64,000 nucleotides of DNA from Thermostichus sp. DRC_bins_24 (GCA_039794845.1 JAUQVK010000112.1:11121-75120); one strand, 5' to 3'; counted from the first letter of the stretch, positions 1 through 9,967 are shown. Notes: generated by a model not told the origin, from the letters alone. Made by a program: numbers and translations.

Positions 1-1261
1 GATCAAAGCGGCTAATGTCGCGCCGCCGCTTCTTCAGATGAATTTCCAGGATCTCCATTCGCTCGGTGGTGTTGGGCAGATCCACGAAAAAGATTTCGTC
101 AAAGCGGCCCTTACGGAGAAACTCGCCTGGCAGACGATCCACCCGGTTGGCCGTTGCCATGACAAACACCGGAGAACGTTTCTCCTGCATCCAGGTTAGG
201 AAAGAGCCGAAGATGCGGCTGGAGGTGCCCCCATCGGAGTCGCTCGAACCTGCGGATCCGGCAAAGGCTTTGTCCAACTCGTCGATAAACAGGATGGCCG
301 GGGCCAAAGACTCGGCGGTGCGCAAGGCGCTGCGCAGGTTGGCTTCTGATTTCCCCACCGTAGAGCCATCGTAAACGCGGCCCATATCCAACCGCAGCAG
401 AGGCAAGCCCCAAAGTCGGGAGGTGGTCTTGGCAATCAGGGATTTGCCACAGCCCGGCACGCCCAAAATCAGCATGCCTTTCGGTTGGGGCAGCCCGTAG
501 GCTCTCGCCCGCTCGGTAAAGGCACCCGATCGTTGGGAGAGCCAGCGCTTCAGTTCCTCCAGGCCACCAACTGCCTCAATGGTTTCGTCTTCTTCGATAA
601 ACTCCAGGATGCCGTTGCGGCGGATCAGCTGCTTTTTCTCAGAGAGAACGATCTCAACTTCAGCCTCACTGAGGCGACCGTGCATGACCACGGCCTTGCG
701 ATAGACCTTTTCCGCTTCATCTTGGGTAAGGCCGAGGGCAGCTTTGACCAATTTCTCCCGAGTTTCAGGAGGGAGGGAGCCCGAGCGGGGAGTTTGCTCC
801 AGTTGGCGATTGAGGGTGCGCTCCAGAGCGGGCATATCCGGCAGGGGAAAGTCCACCACGGAGATGTCTTTTTCCAGCTCAACGGGTACCACCTGCACCG
901 GGGACATCAGAAGGATGGTTTTGTGGGATCCCTTCAGGCTAAAAATGGCATCGCGGATCCAGCGCTTCACCTCCGTGTTGTCCAGAAAATCGTGCAGATC
1001 TTTGAAGACACAAATAGCCGGATCCTTTTGCTCCATTACCCATTGAATGGCGGGTTGAGGAGACTGGGTATTGTGTTGGGTGAGGCTGCGGGGGTTGCCG
1101 TACTCGACGATGCCGTGGGTGACCGTCCAGATGAATAAGCGCCGCTGAGGCTTGAGGGTGCGCGCAATTGCTGCCAGAGCCGCCTCCGCCCGTTCTTCCT
1201 CTGGGGTGAGCAGGTAAAGCAGTGGGTATTGAGCTTGAATGAGGATGTCTAGCTCTTGCAT
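1..1261 (-). CDS. ycf46: Ycf46-family AAA+ ATPase (3' end runs off the window)
   Basis: Starts MQELDILIQAQYPLLYLLTPEEERAE (ATG at 1261). Walker A GMLILGVPGCGKSLIAK near 430-480; Walker B region LFIDELDKAFAG. Confidence 0.85.
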   Translation of the reverse strand, partial: MQELDILIQAQYPLLYLLTPEEERAEAALAAIARTLKPQRRLFIWTVTHGIVEYGNPRSLTQHNTQSPQPAIQWVMEQKDPAICVFKDLHDFLDNTEVKRWIRDAIFSLKGSHKTILLMSPVQVVPVELEKDISVVDFPLPDMPALERTLNRQLEQTPRSGSLPPETREKLVKAALGLTQDEAEKVYRKAVVMHGRLSEAEVEIVLSEKKQLIRRNGILEFIEEDETIEAVGGLEELKRWLSQRSGAFTERARAYGLPQPKGMLILGVPGCGKSLIAKTTSRLWGLPLLRLDMGRVYDGSTVGKSEANLRSALRTAESLAPAILFIDELDKAFAGSAGSSDSDGGTSSRIFGSFLTWMQEKRSPVFVMATANRVDRLPGEFLRKGRFDEIFFVDLPNTTERMEILEIHLKKRRRDISRFD

Positions 1262-1455
1262 GGGAGGCACCAACTGCACAGGGAAAAAATCTGAACTGAG
1301 ACCGGGAAGGAGGACTCGAAGAAAATGGGTTGAAAATGGGTTTTAGTCTGGCTTGCTCCTGAGATTGCTTCTGTGTCGTGGACTGCTGTTATTCACTTCT
1401 TATTCACTCAAGTTTGCAAAATAAAGGCCATTCTTTAGGGTGCTTGAGAAGAACC

Positions 1456-1827
1456 TTAACAAGGCACCAAGGCATCTTGTCGTTGCTCTTCTGAACTGGG
1501 TGCAGATCCCCAGTATTCCGGCTCAACCTCCTCGAGGATGGCTTCGGCTGCAGACTGCTTGTGAAGGGAGGTCACCTCTCCGTCGCGGATGACAAATGGA
1601 TGGCTGCACTCAGGACATTGATGAACGCGATAAGCACTGCCCTGCACGCCTTCGATCACCTCGGGATGCAGCAAGTAGAAGGTAAGAGCTTTCTCTGCCA
1701 CTGCCGACATCGGTTCCCGCTCCACAGCCGCCCGAATCTTCAGATTCCGGTGCAAGTCGGACGAGAGATACAACGTCACCTTCTGCTTGGCATCCACGCC
1801 TTCCACAATCTCTGGCCGATGATTCAT
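1456..1827 (-). CDS. Ribbon-helix-helix (CopG-like) conserved cyanobacterial protein upstream of ycf46
   Basis: KQKVTLYLSSDLHRNLKIRAAVEREPMSAVAEKALTFYL strand-helix-helix pattern; CPEC motif in the C-terminal half. Confidence 0.7.
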   Translation of the reverse strand: MNHRPEIVEGVDAKQKVTLYLSSDLHRNLKIRAAVEREPMSAVAEKALTFYLLHPEVIEGVQGSAYRVHQCPECSHPFVIRDGEVTSLHKQSAAEAILEEVEPEYWGSAPSSEEQRQDALVPC

Positions 1828-2105
1828 GGCTAACCGCTTTTCTTGCTCATGTGCCGGACTTGGGGCTCATCATAGCTAGCCCACCAGCTTGACGGCAAGC
1901 TTGTAATAATCCTTAACAATTCTCGCTTCCTTGCCCTTCTTGACGACAGCGGCAGCGGGGTAGGCTGGTGGAAGACGAAGGGTAGCTGATTTGTTGGGAG
2001 CGTGCCATCTTGTTTTCGTGGGATGCTTTCATGGGATCCTTGTGTTGGAGCCCTTCTACGGCCGGTTCTGACTCCATGCTTAACTCTTGATGAGCCTGCA
2101 ACCCT

Positions 2106-2312
2106 ATGGAACGTGTAATCAACACCCTCAGCAAAAATCTCTCCGCTTGGGGCCGTCGTGCCCTTGTGCAGACCTCAGATGGCTTGGCCAGCTTGAAAGA
2201 GGTGGCTCTGGACAATGGCAATGTGCTCCTCAGTAAGGCTCGAATTGCCTTTTCAGATGCCGGCTCCACCACCCTACGGGCGATTCAGTCCCGCTTTGGC
2301 GCTCGTCGATAA
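2106..2312 (+). CDS. Candidate 68-aa small protein
   Basis: ATG-started ORF with protein-like amphipathic composition in an otherwise empty gap; no family recognised. Confidence 0.4.
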   Translation: MERVINTLSKNLSAWGRRALVQTSDGLASLKEVALDNGNVLLSKARIAFSDAGSTTLRAIQSRFGARR

Positions 2313-2333
2313 CGCCAGAGTTCAAATGAGTTT

Positions 2334-2480
2334 TACAGCCCTTACGCGGGTTTTCTACGGCAGGGCTTGTGCTTCTTTAGCCCTAGGGGGTGGATCTCAA
2401 CTTCCACGGTTGTTACATGGGACTAGCGGTGCCCTATGGTGGGCGAACGCGCCAGCGTGCCCTAGGCGTAAAGGGCTGTA
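2334..2480. mobile_element. MITE family 1, copy 1 (TA-flanked, TIR CAGCCCTT(T)ACGC)
   Basis: TTACAGCCCTTACGC (2333-2347) is an inverted repeat of GCGTAAAGGGCTGTAA (2466-2481); 37/48 ungapped identity with the reverse complement of 40939-40986. Confidence 0.6.
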
Positions 2481-2526
2481 AGTGAGTTCAGAATAGGGAT
2501 CCCAAAAACCCCAAAAAATCCCCAAA

Positions 2527-4440
2527 CTATCCGCCCAAGTCTTGCAGGCGATAGAGGTTGGCATAAATGCCATTCAGAGCCATTAGCTCCGCATGGGATC
2601 CCTGTTCTTTCAGTTCTCCCCGTTGCAGCACCAAGATGCGATCCACGTCGCGGATGGTGGAAAGGCGGTGGGCAATGATGATAGCGGTGCGATCCTGCAG
2701 CAGGGTTTCTAGAGCCGACTGGATCAGGGCTTCTGTGCCCACATCCAAGCTGGCGGTGGCCTCATCCAACACCAAAATTTTCGGATTCCGCCACATGGCC
2801 CGCACAAAGCTAATCAACTGTTTTTGGCCGCTAGAGAGGTTGCTGCTCCGTTCCCGCACCGGCGTGGCATAGCCTTGGGGTAAGTCGCGGATGAATTCGT
2901 GCAGGTTCAGCTGACGGGCGGCCCGCTCCACATCGGCCAAGTCCCCAGTTTCCCCAAGGGTGATGTTTTGTTGGATATTGCCCGAGAACAAAAATCCATC
3001 CTGCAGAATCACCCCAAGGTGTCGGTGCAGTTCTGCCTGGGGGATCTCGCGAATATCCACACCATCGATGCGAATGGATCCCTGATTTACCTCATAAAGG
3101 CGGCAGAGCAAGCGGATGATCGAGCTTTTCCCCGCCCCTGTCGGCCCCACCAGGGCCACTTTTTCTCCGGGGCGAATCGTAAAGTTGAGATTTTTCAGCA
3201 CCCACTCATCGGCGGTGTAGCCAAAAGAAACATTCTCGAACCGCACCTCCCCCCCGGCGGAAGCAGGCAAGTGGCGGGGCTGAGCGGGATCCCGAATGGC
3301 AATCGGCAGGCTGAGAATGTTATCGATCCGTTCGACAGCCGTAAACCCCGACTGCAGAGCGGTAAATTTTTCCGCCAACTGACGCAGCGGGTTGAAAAAC
3401 CGTTGGGAGAACAGGATAAAGGCGTAGAGGCTGCCAAAGGTGAGGGGCTCGCTGGGTAACGGCAGGGATCCCCCCAAGCCTTGTCGCAGAGCCCCCGTAC
3501 CGGCCGAGATCACCTGTTGCCCCCCCACCCAAAGCAGGGCTGCTACCGCCAACCACGACACCCATTCCAAAACAGCGGACAAAGCGGAATCGTAAAGGAT
3601 AGTCTGATCGACTTCGTGAATGTAGCGCTGGTTAATGGTTCGGAAGATCTGCCCGTTTAGTCGTTCCCGCCGAAACAGTTGGACCACCGTGATGCCCAAA
3701 ATGTTTTCTTGAATCCAGGAGTTGAGTTTGGAGAGTTCTTCTCGCACACGAAAGTTGGCATCACGAAAGCGGCGCTGCAACCAAATGACGATGGCCCCAA
3801 TGGGAATGACGATGAGGATCAGCAGCAGGCCCAAATCCCAGCGTTGGCTGAGCATGACCACCGCGATTACCCCCAGGGTAAACAGGTCACTGACAATGCC
3901 GACGGCCCCCGTCGAGAAGACATCCCCCAAGGCTTCTACATCACTGGTGATGCGGGTGATTAATTTCCCCACCGGGGTGCGATCAAAAAATTGGGCCGGT
4001 AAGGCGAGAATGTGGGCGAACAGATCATCCCGAATGTCGCGGGTCATCAGCTGCCCCAACTTTTGGCTGGTATAGCCCTCCAAAGATTGGAAGCCCCAGC
4101 GCACCAGCACCGTCAGAACCAACAAGCCCACAAAGGGCCACAGGCCGGAGAGGATCCCGTCCCCGCGTTCCATCGCCTGGGCAATCGGGCCATCCAGGGC
4201 TCGCTGCAAGATCAAAGGCTGCACTGCATCCGCAAGTGCCAAGGGGGGCAAAAAGGCCAAAGCTGCCAGCAACAACTTCAGGTGGCGACGGGCATAGGGC
4301 CAGAGAATCCGCAGCAACCGCCAGTCGCTCTCTCGTTGAGGTTGGGGATCCGAATCTGCAGCCGTATCGGGGGGAGTGGCAGCAAAGGTCACAGAGCACA
4401 CCCAAGAACAAATGAAGAACAAAAAAGTGGTGCAGGGCAC
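2527..4440 (-). CDS. ABC exporter, fused permease and ATPase (MdlB/MsbA-like)
   Basis: N-terminal TM helices, GPTGAGKS Walker A, LSSGQKQ signature, ILVLDEATA Walker B. True start may lie a few codons downstream. Confidence 0.92.
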   Translation of the reverse strand: MPCTTFLFFICSWVCSVTFAATPPDTAADSDPQPQRESDWRLLRILWPYARRHLKLLLAALAFLPPLALADAVQPLILQRALDGPIAQAMERGDGILSGLWPFVGLLVLTVLVRWGFQSLEGYTSQKLGQLMTRDIRDDLFAHILALPAQFFDRTPVGKLITRITSDVEALGDVFSTGAVGIVSDLFTLGVIAVVMLSQRWDLGLLLILIVIPIGAIVIWLQRRFRDANFRVREELSKLNSWIQENILGITVVQLFRRERLNGQIFRTINQRYIHEVDQTILYDSALSAVLEWVSWLAVAALLWVGGQQVISAGTGALRQGLGGSLPLPSEPLTFGSLYAFILFSQRFFNPLRQLAEKFTALQSGFTAVERIDNILSLPIAIRDPAQPRHLPASAGGEVRFENVSFGYTADEWVLKNLNFTIRPGEKVALVGPTGAGKSSIIRLLCRLYEVNQGSIRIDGVDIREIPQAELHRHLGVILQDGFLFSGNIQQNITLGETGDLADVERAARQLNLHEFIRDLPQGYATPVRERSSNLSSGQKQLISFVRAMWRNPKILVLDEATASLDVGTEALIQSALETLLQDRTAIIIAHRLSTIRDVDRILVLQRGELKEQGSHAELMALNGIYANLYRLQDLGG

Positions 4441-4629
4441 AGATCCACTTTACGCGCTTGCTGGTCGGGATAAACCGTGAAGGAGCGCAGAGGTTCAAAC
4501 CTGTCTCCTGGGAATTTTGAAAAGTCGAGTTTGGTTTTTCCGGGACAGCTGGCAAACTGCCCCTTTTTGGGTTTCCGGCTAGCCAAACCCGGACAGGCTA
4601 TAGACATCTTGACGGAGGAGAAGCCAGCG

Positions 4630-5415
4630 ATGTCTTACTACAGAATGCTCTTTCCGGTTGGGGGAGCAGGGCTATTGTTATTGATCTTCGGCGGGATCCT
4701 GTTTGGCTTCTTCCGCGCCTTCGGATTGCCGATTGGAGAACTGGCGGACTGGGTGATCGGGATTGCCAGCTTTTGGTGGTTGGTGGTGATCGTCACCATT
4801 CCTTGGAACATTTACTTTCATGCCAAGGCCGTGCACCACGAGGCGGTTGTGTCTCGACAACGGGGGATCCCGGTGGAAACCTCAGCCTTTACCTTTATTC
4901 AGAAACTCACCAACTGGTCGTTGCGCATTGCGATTGCGCTGCATGTGCTGTCGGCCCTGGCCTTTTACGGATTGGCCATTGGGCAAGTCACCCCAATTGG
5001 CTACCCCAGTGCTGTGGCGGCTTTGTTGCTGACGGCTTTGCGCCCGGCCATTCGCGGCTATGAATATCTGGCGGACCGGTTGGCCCAGCTGCAACAGCAA
5101 ATTTTGGTGCCCCGCGAAGATGCGATCGAACTGGCCTATCAGCTGAAGAACTTGACCCGCCAAGTGGAGATCATGCAAGAGCAATTGGATCCCAACAGGC
5201 CCCATTCCTGGGCATCTAAAGAAGAGGAAACCCGGCGCTACCTGCGGCAAGAAGTGGCCACTGCCAAAGCCCAGCTCGAACAACTGCGGGCCAGCAATGA
5301 CCTAGACCACACCCAACTGCGGCAAGAGATCCAACAAGCCGTGGCTCAACTCAGCGTTGACAGCCAATTTCTGGGCCATGTGCGGGAGATCCTCCGCTTT
5401 GTCAAAGAAGCTTGA
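4630..5415 (+). CDS. Hypothetical membrane protein with C-terminal coiled coil
   Basis: ATG at 4630 (MSYYRMLF); several hydrophobic segments followed by an E/Q/R-rich helical tail. Confidence 0.75.
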   Translation: MSYYRMLFPVGGAGLLLLIFGGILFGFFRAFGLPIGELADWVIGIASFWWLVVIVTIPWNIYFHAKAVHHEAVVSRQRGIPVETSAFTFIQKLTNWSLRIAIALHVLSALAFYGLAIGQVTPIGYPSAVAALLLTALRPAIRGYEYLADRLAQLQQQILVPREDAIELAYQLKNLTRQVEIMQEQLDPNRPHSWASKEEETRRYLRQEVATAKAQLEQLRASNDLDHTQLRQEIQQAVAQLSVDSQFLGHVREILRFVKEA

Positions 5416-5425
5416 GAAAAAGACT

Positions 5426-6373
5426 TTAACGGGCGCTGCTGCTTACTTCCCCCACCTGCGCAGAATACTGGGAGGGAACCAGCTTGGTGCCTACTCCGGC
5501 ATCGGTCAGAATCTCCAGCAGCAGGGAATGAGGGGATCCCCCATCCAGAATGTGGGCGGCCCGTACCCCTTGTGCCAAGGCCCGGATGCAACACTGCACC
5601 TTGGGAATCATACCGCCTTTAACGATACCCGTTTGGATCAGCCGGCGGGCAGTTTCGATATCCACCAAAGTCACCAAGGAGCTGCGATCCTGAGGATCTT
5701 TGAGAATACCGGGGGTATCGGTGAGCAAGATCAGCTTTTCTGCCCCCAGAGAAGCCGCCAGCTCTCCGGCTACTGTATCGGCGTTGATGTTGTAGGCTTG
5801 CCCTGTCTCATCGGCGGCCACACTGGAGATCACCGGAATTTGGCCTCCCTCCAGCAGGGTTTGAATCAAATGGGGGTTGATGCTGCTCACCTCCCCCACA
5901 AAGCCAATCTCCGCTCGTCCTTGAGAGCGTGCCTTGATCAAGTTGCCATCCCGACCACACAATCCCACTGCGGAACCGCCTGCCAAGCTGATTAGCTGCA
6001 CGATCTGCTTATTGACCTTACCCACCAACACCATTTCCACCACTTCCATCGTGGCGGCATCGGTGACCCGCAGGCCATCGACAAATTTGAAGGGAATATC
6101 CAGCTTTTGCAGCCAGCTGTTGATCTCAGGCCCTCCTCCATGGACCAGCACCGGACGAATGCCGACACAGGACAAAAAGACGATATCCCGCAGCACTTCG
6201 GCCCGCCGCTCTTGATGCACCATGGCAGCGCCACCATATTTGATTACAACAACGCGACCCTGGTATTGCTGAATGTAGGGCAGTGCTTCGCTGAGGATCT
6301 GAGCCCGAGTGAGGGGATCACACTGCACAACCTGAGACTCAGCTGGATTGGAGGAGGAAGAGTGGGTCAGCAC
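5426..6373 (-). CDS. argB: Acetylglutamate kinase
   Basis: [29 protein letters not shown] and GGMIPKV motifs. Confidence 0.96.
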   Translation of the reverse strand: MLTHSSSSNPAESQVVQCDPLTRAQILSEALPYIQQYQGRVVVIKYGGAAMVHQERRAEVLRDIVFLSCVGIRPVLVHGGGPEINSWLQKLDIPFKFVDGLRVTDAATMEVVEMVLVGKVNKQIVQLISLAGGSAVGLCGRDGNLIKARSQGRAEIGFVGEVSSINPHLIQTLLEGGQIPVISSVAADETGQAYNINADTVAGELAASLGAEKLILLTDTPGILKDPQDRSSLVTLVDIETARRLIQTGIVKGGMIPKVQCCIRALAQGVRAAHILDGGSPHSLLLEILTDAGVGTKLVPSQYSAQVGEVSSSAR

Positions 6374-6436
6374 CGCCGTAGGGTTCCTGAGTGTAAGAAA
6401 ACTTGACCTAAACTATCGCATTCTTTGGATTAGAGG

Positions 6437-7396
6437 TTAAGACCACCGTGCCCACTTTATCCACCTCCTGGGAGCCACCCTACGAAGGGCGCAGGCATGG
6501 TAGCTGGGTTGACTGCCGTCCCTTGGACAAGCCACCAACCCAAAGCCCACACCATCCGCCACCATCTGGGTTGGCTTCAACCCAAAATCAGACGGGATTC
6601 GGACAATAGGGGTCAGGGATCCCTGCCCATCGGTACCTGGCGAGCCCTGCAAATCAATATCGTGAATCGGCACAAAATCACCATCATTTTGCTCCCGCAA
6701 CACCCGACCATCCAGCACCACCGACACCCCCTGACTGAGAGTGGCCCTGAGAATACTGGGATCCCCTTGGGCAGGCGCCAAAAACCAGCAGTCTTGCCCC
6801 TGATGAAGGAGCTTAGTCTCTCTTTTATTCTTTTATAAAGAACTCCTTAATAAAGAAAAATCCTTCATCACCGGGAAACTATCGAAATCCAACAACCGAG
6901 AGGTCTGCCCCGAGCTATCCACCTGTAACAACTCTGAACCACAACAGGTTTGCACCGCCGGATTTTGCCGAGCGAAAAAGACCGGGAAAGACTCTCGGGT
7001 GAGAGCTACGCTATTTCCCACCTGCACCAAGTTGGACAGGTATTCGAATACTCCTCCAAAAGAGGAAGCAAACGGGAGATTCTCCGCAAAAGTCGAGACT
7101 TGGCCCTGGGCATCAACCTGGCTCAAAACGCCGATATTCCGAGTTCTAATCGTTGCGTTGTAGCCCTGAGTGGCTTTCAACAGCATCACCCCACCGTCAA
7201 AAGCCCCGATTCTCCTGAACCATTCTGAATAGCCTGGCCATGGATTTCTCTCCTCCTCCAACACCAGGCTCACCTGCCCTGAAGAGGTGATGCGAGTCAG
7301 TCGTGACCGGGTATCAATACATCTGCTCGAGGTTAATGAAAACTCCCGACAGTTATCCTCCAGAACCCAATAATCAGAGCCCGATTTCACCAAGTC
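6437..7396 (-). pseudogene. C-terminal remnant of a probable beta-propeller protein, 5'-truncated at the IS end, with one in-frame stop
   Basis: ORFs 6833-7429 and 6437-6781 are in the same frame, separated by one TAA (6835-6833) and 17 open codons. Repeated blade-like motifs LTRITSSGQVS, LSQVDAQGQVS, LLQVDSSGQTS. No native start: the frame begins inside the IS end. Confidence 0.6.
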
Positions 7397-8450
7397 GGCT
7401 CTCCTAGACTTATGGTGATCAGCGATCACTAAGTCCAGAAGGCTGTCAATAATCGAGCTCTGAAGTTGGTCATATTGGTAAACCCGTACCCTTGTCGCTT
7501 TATTACCTTGATCCGGTTGTTGATTCCCTCCATCATCCCATTAGTCACACGATTCACAAAATAGTGACAGATCCCCTGAAGATGATTCCGGACTGCCTTG
7601 ACCCCATCGGTGTGAACCCTTTGAGCCTCTGCCAGCCATGCGACCAGTTGACTCTCTCCCTCCTTTACAGTAATTATGCTCTCAAAAATGCTCCGCAACC
7701 TCTCTTTCAGTTCATAGGCTTGCCTCAGTCGTTTGCTCCGTTTTAAATAGATCTCCAGTTTTGCCTTTTCTTCCTCAGTTAAGTCTTTATTATTCTTAAG
7801 TATGATTCTTTTTAATCCTTTCTCTGTAATCTGAGCCTGTCGTCTAATTCTGTCTAACTCCTGGATGGCTTTCTGCCACATGGAATCTGTCATAGACGAT
7901 ACGGGCCTTCGGAAATACCCGCCTGACAACTTTGGTAAATCCAGCCCACATATCGATACTCACTTCTTCCATCCTCAGCCTCTCTTCCTCTGCCCATAAG
8001 CTTTCCAGCCTTGCAATAAACTCTTCTTCTTTGTGAACATCAATCACCTCTAGCAGACAATGATTCTCTAGGTCGCCGATAACTGTCACGTATTGATTGC
8101 GCCCTTTTCGTAAACTGATCTCGTCGATACTGATTTTCTTGGCCCGAAACACTGGGGCTCTTTTGGGCTTGTTGCTGCTCAGACTGACGCTTGAATATCC
8201 CTTCCACTTGGTCTCGACTTAATCCTTCATTCTGACTAACTTGTTCAATCGTCGATTGTTTGACTTGTCGATAAATAGAGGTTTCATAACGCTGTGTATA
8301 GGAGCGTTCCCAGTCCACGAATGAGAGGACTTCAGTGGAGTAGTGCTGGCAGTGAGAGCAATAAAATTGGCGGCGAGGCACTTGCAGATAGACTGAACGC
8401 CCAAACAGGGACAAGTCTCGCACAACGAACCATTCTACAGTAAATCTCAC
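7397..8450 (-). mobile_element. ISL3-family transposase remnant (two frameshifts, 5' end missing)
   Basis: Three frames carry zf-ISL3 (QVPRRQFYCSHCQ), DDE (ISIDEISLRKG, YDRFHV) and C-terminal (NGMMEGINNRIKVIKRQGYGF) motifs. ISL3-type end GGCTCTCCTAGACTTATGGTG starts at 7397. AT-rich, no GGGATCCC. Confidence 0.9.
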
Positions 8451-8460
8451 CTGTTGGTAT

Positions 8461-8697
8461 TTGGATACGTTTCATTCCTTTTATCGCCACTTTTTGCTGA
8501 AGCTGTTCCATGAGGGATTGGGCAAGCCCGATCGCAATCCTGAATTGAACAAACTGCTGGGCAAAATTCCCTATCTGAATCTGAATGGCGGCTTGTTTGA
8601 AGTCCACCAGTTGAAGGAAAAATATGACACCACTCTGCACATTCCCGATGTGGTGTTTGAGCAAGTGGTGATGTTTATCAATTCATACATCGGGTGA
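8461..8697 (+). pseudogene. Internal fragment of a type IIG restriction-modification / DNA methyltransferase gene
   Basis: FHSFYRHFLLKLFHEGLGKP...LLGKIPYLN(LN)GGLFEVH is typical of type IIG enzymes; CTGAAT is duplicated at 8575-8586; both ends of the gene are missing. Confidence 0.7.
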
Positions 8698-8730
8698 GCA
8701 TTGGCGAAGCCTCTCTGCAAGAAAATCGCG

Positions 8731-8796
8731 GCACAACAACGCGCTGCACCCGACCGCCAAGAGGTTATCTGCCGCGGGTGAGCTAACCCGTTCCCC
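8731..8796 (+). other. Orphan integron attC-like recombination site
   Basis: R'' GCACAAC (8731-37), 5-nt spacer, L'' GCTGCACCCG (8743-52) pairing with L' CGGGTGAGC (8775-83) with an extrahelical G, 6-nt spacer, R' GTT (8790-92). Confidence 0.7.
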
Positions 8797-8829
8797 ATCA
8801 ATGTCCTTTGCTTTCAGGGATCCCTTTCT

Positions 8830-9933
8830 TTAGCGCAGAAAACGAGCCAGTAGCACCATGCCGATGCCTCCGAACAGAATGTTGAAACTCCAGGCCGCCG
8901 CCCAAGGGGGCAAAGCCCCGGCTTCTCCCAAACTGCGGGACACACTTAAAATCACGTAGTAGCCAAACACCAACAAAATGCCGAAAACCACGCCCCCATA
9001 GCGCCCCACCCGGCGGGCCGTACTGGATCCCAGGGGCAGCGAGATCAACACCGCAAAAAAGCTGGCCAAAGGCAAGGAAAAGCGCAAATGAAACTCGGTG
9101 CGCAGGGCTTGGGTGTTCAGGTTAGAGCGGGCCAAACGCGCAATTCGCTCCGCCAATTCCGGCAAGCGCAACTCACTCGGGGGTACGGGCAGCTGCATCA
9201 GGGTGGCCAGATCCTCCGAGACCTGCAAGGGCTTACGGTCAAAGACCTGCTCGGCAATGCTGGTGCCGGTGGGACCATAGATGTGGGTCACCCCTTCACT
9301 GAGGCTCCACTCCAAACCATTCCACACCGCCTGAGCCGCCAAGGTCACTTCTGCCAACTGATAGTTGCCCCCCGGCAAGGGATTCACCCGCAGCAGGGTT
9401 ACATCTTGCATGGTGTTCAGGCGGGGATCCACCTGGCGAATGAAAAACCAGAGGTTGTCTTCGGTTTTGAAAAAGACGTCGTACTGAACCGGGGTGGTGG
9501 CTTGGGTGAGCAAAGCCTGCTGATCGATCTCGCGGATTTGCTGTTTGCTGGCGGGGAGCAGCACATTGCTAATGCCAAAGGCGCTGAGGCTCATGGTCAG
9601 ACCCACCAACAACAGGGGCCGGAAAATGCGGGAAAAAGGGATCCCAGCCGCTCGCAGGGCGGTGATCTCGCTATTGCCACTCAGTTTGCCCAGGGTGAGC
9701 ATGGTGGCGAAAAAGGCAGCGATCGGCATCCCCAGCACCACCATCTCCGGCATGTCCAGGGCCAAGAGGCGCAATACCATCAAAGGGGGGACGGATCCCT
9801 CCACCAGCCGCTCGGCTAGGGTAAACAGCCTGCCCACCAGCAGCAGTAGCGTTCCCCCCGCCACACCGGCCAGCACCGGGGTAAGCATCTGTCCAAACAG
9901 GTAGCGCTCCAACAGCCAGAACTTGGTCAGCAA
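8830..9933 (-). CDS. LptF/LptG (YjgP/YjgQ) family permease
   Basis: LERYLFGQML start, GKLSGNSEITALRAAGI motif, three TM segments, a periplasmic domain, then three more TM segments. Confidence 0.9.
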   Translation of the reverse strand: MLTKFWLLERYLFGQMLTPVLAGVAGGTLLLLVGRLFTLAERLVEGSVPPLMVLRLLALDMPEMVVLGMPIAAFFATMLTLGKLSGNSEITALRAAGIPFSRIFRPLLLVGLTMSLSAFGISNVLLPASKQQIREIDQQALLTQATTPVQYDVFFKTEDNLWFFIRQVDPRLNTMQDVTLLRVNPLPGGNYQLAEVTLAAQAVWNGLEWSLSEGVTHIYGPTGTSIAEQVFDRKPLQVSEDLATLMQLPVPPSELRLPELAERIARLARSNLNTQALRTEFHLRFSLPLASFFAVLISLPLGSSTARRVGRYGGVVFGILLVFGYYVILSVSRSLGEAGALPPWAAAWSFNILFGGIGMVLLARFLR

Positions 9934-9967
9934 AGGGGCTCTCCTCCGGCTTCACCGGCCACCTACT

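Noticed and set aside
8154-8170. GGCTCTTTTGG inside the transposase resembling a second ISL3 end
   Set aside because: Only 6 bp match the end at 7397; not enough to call a nested element.
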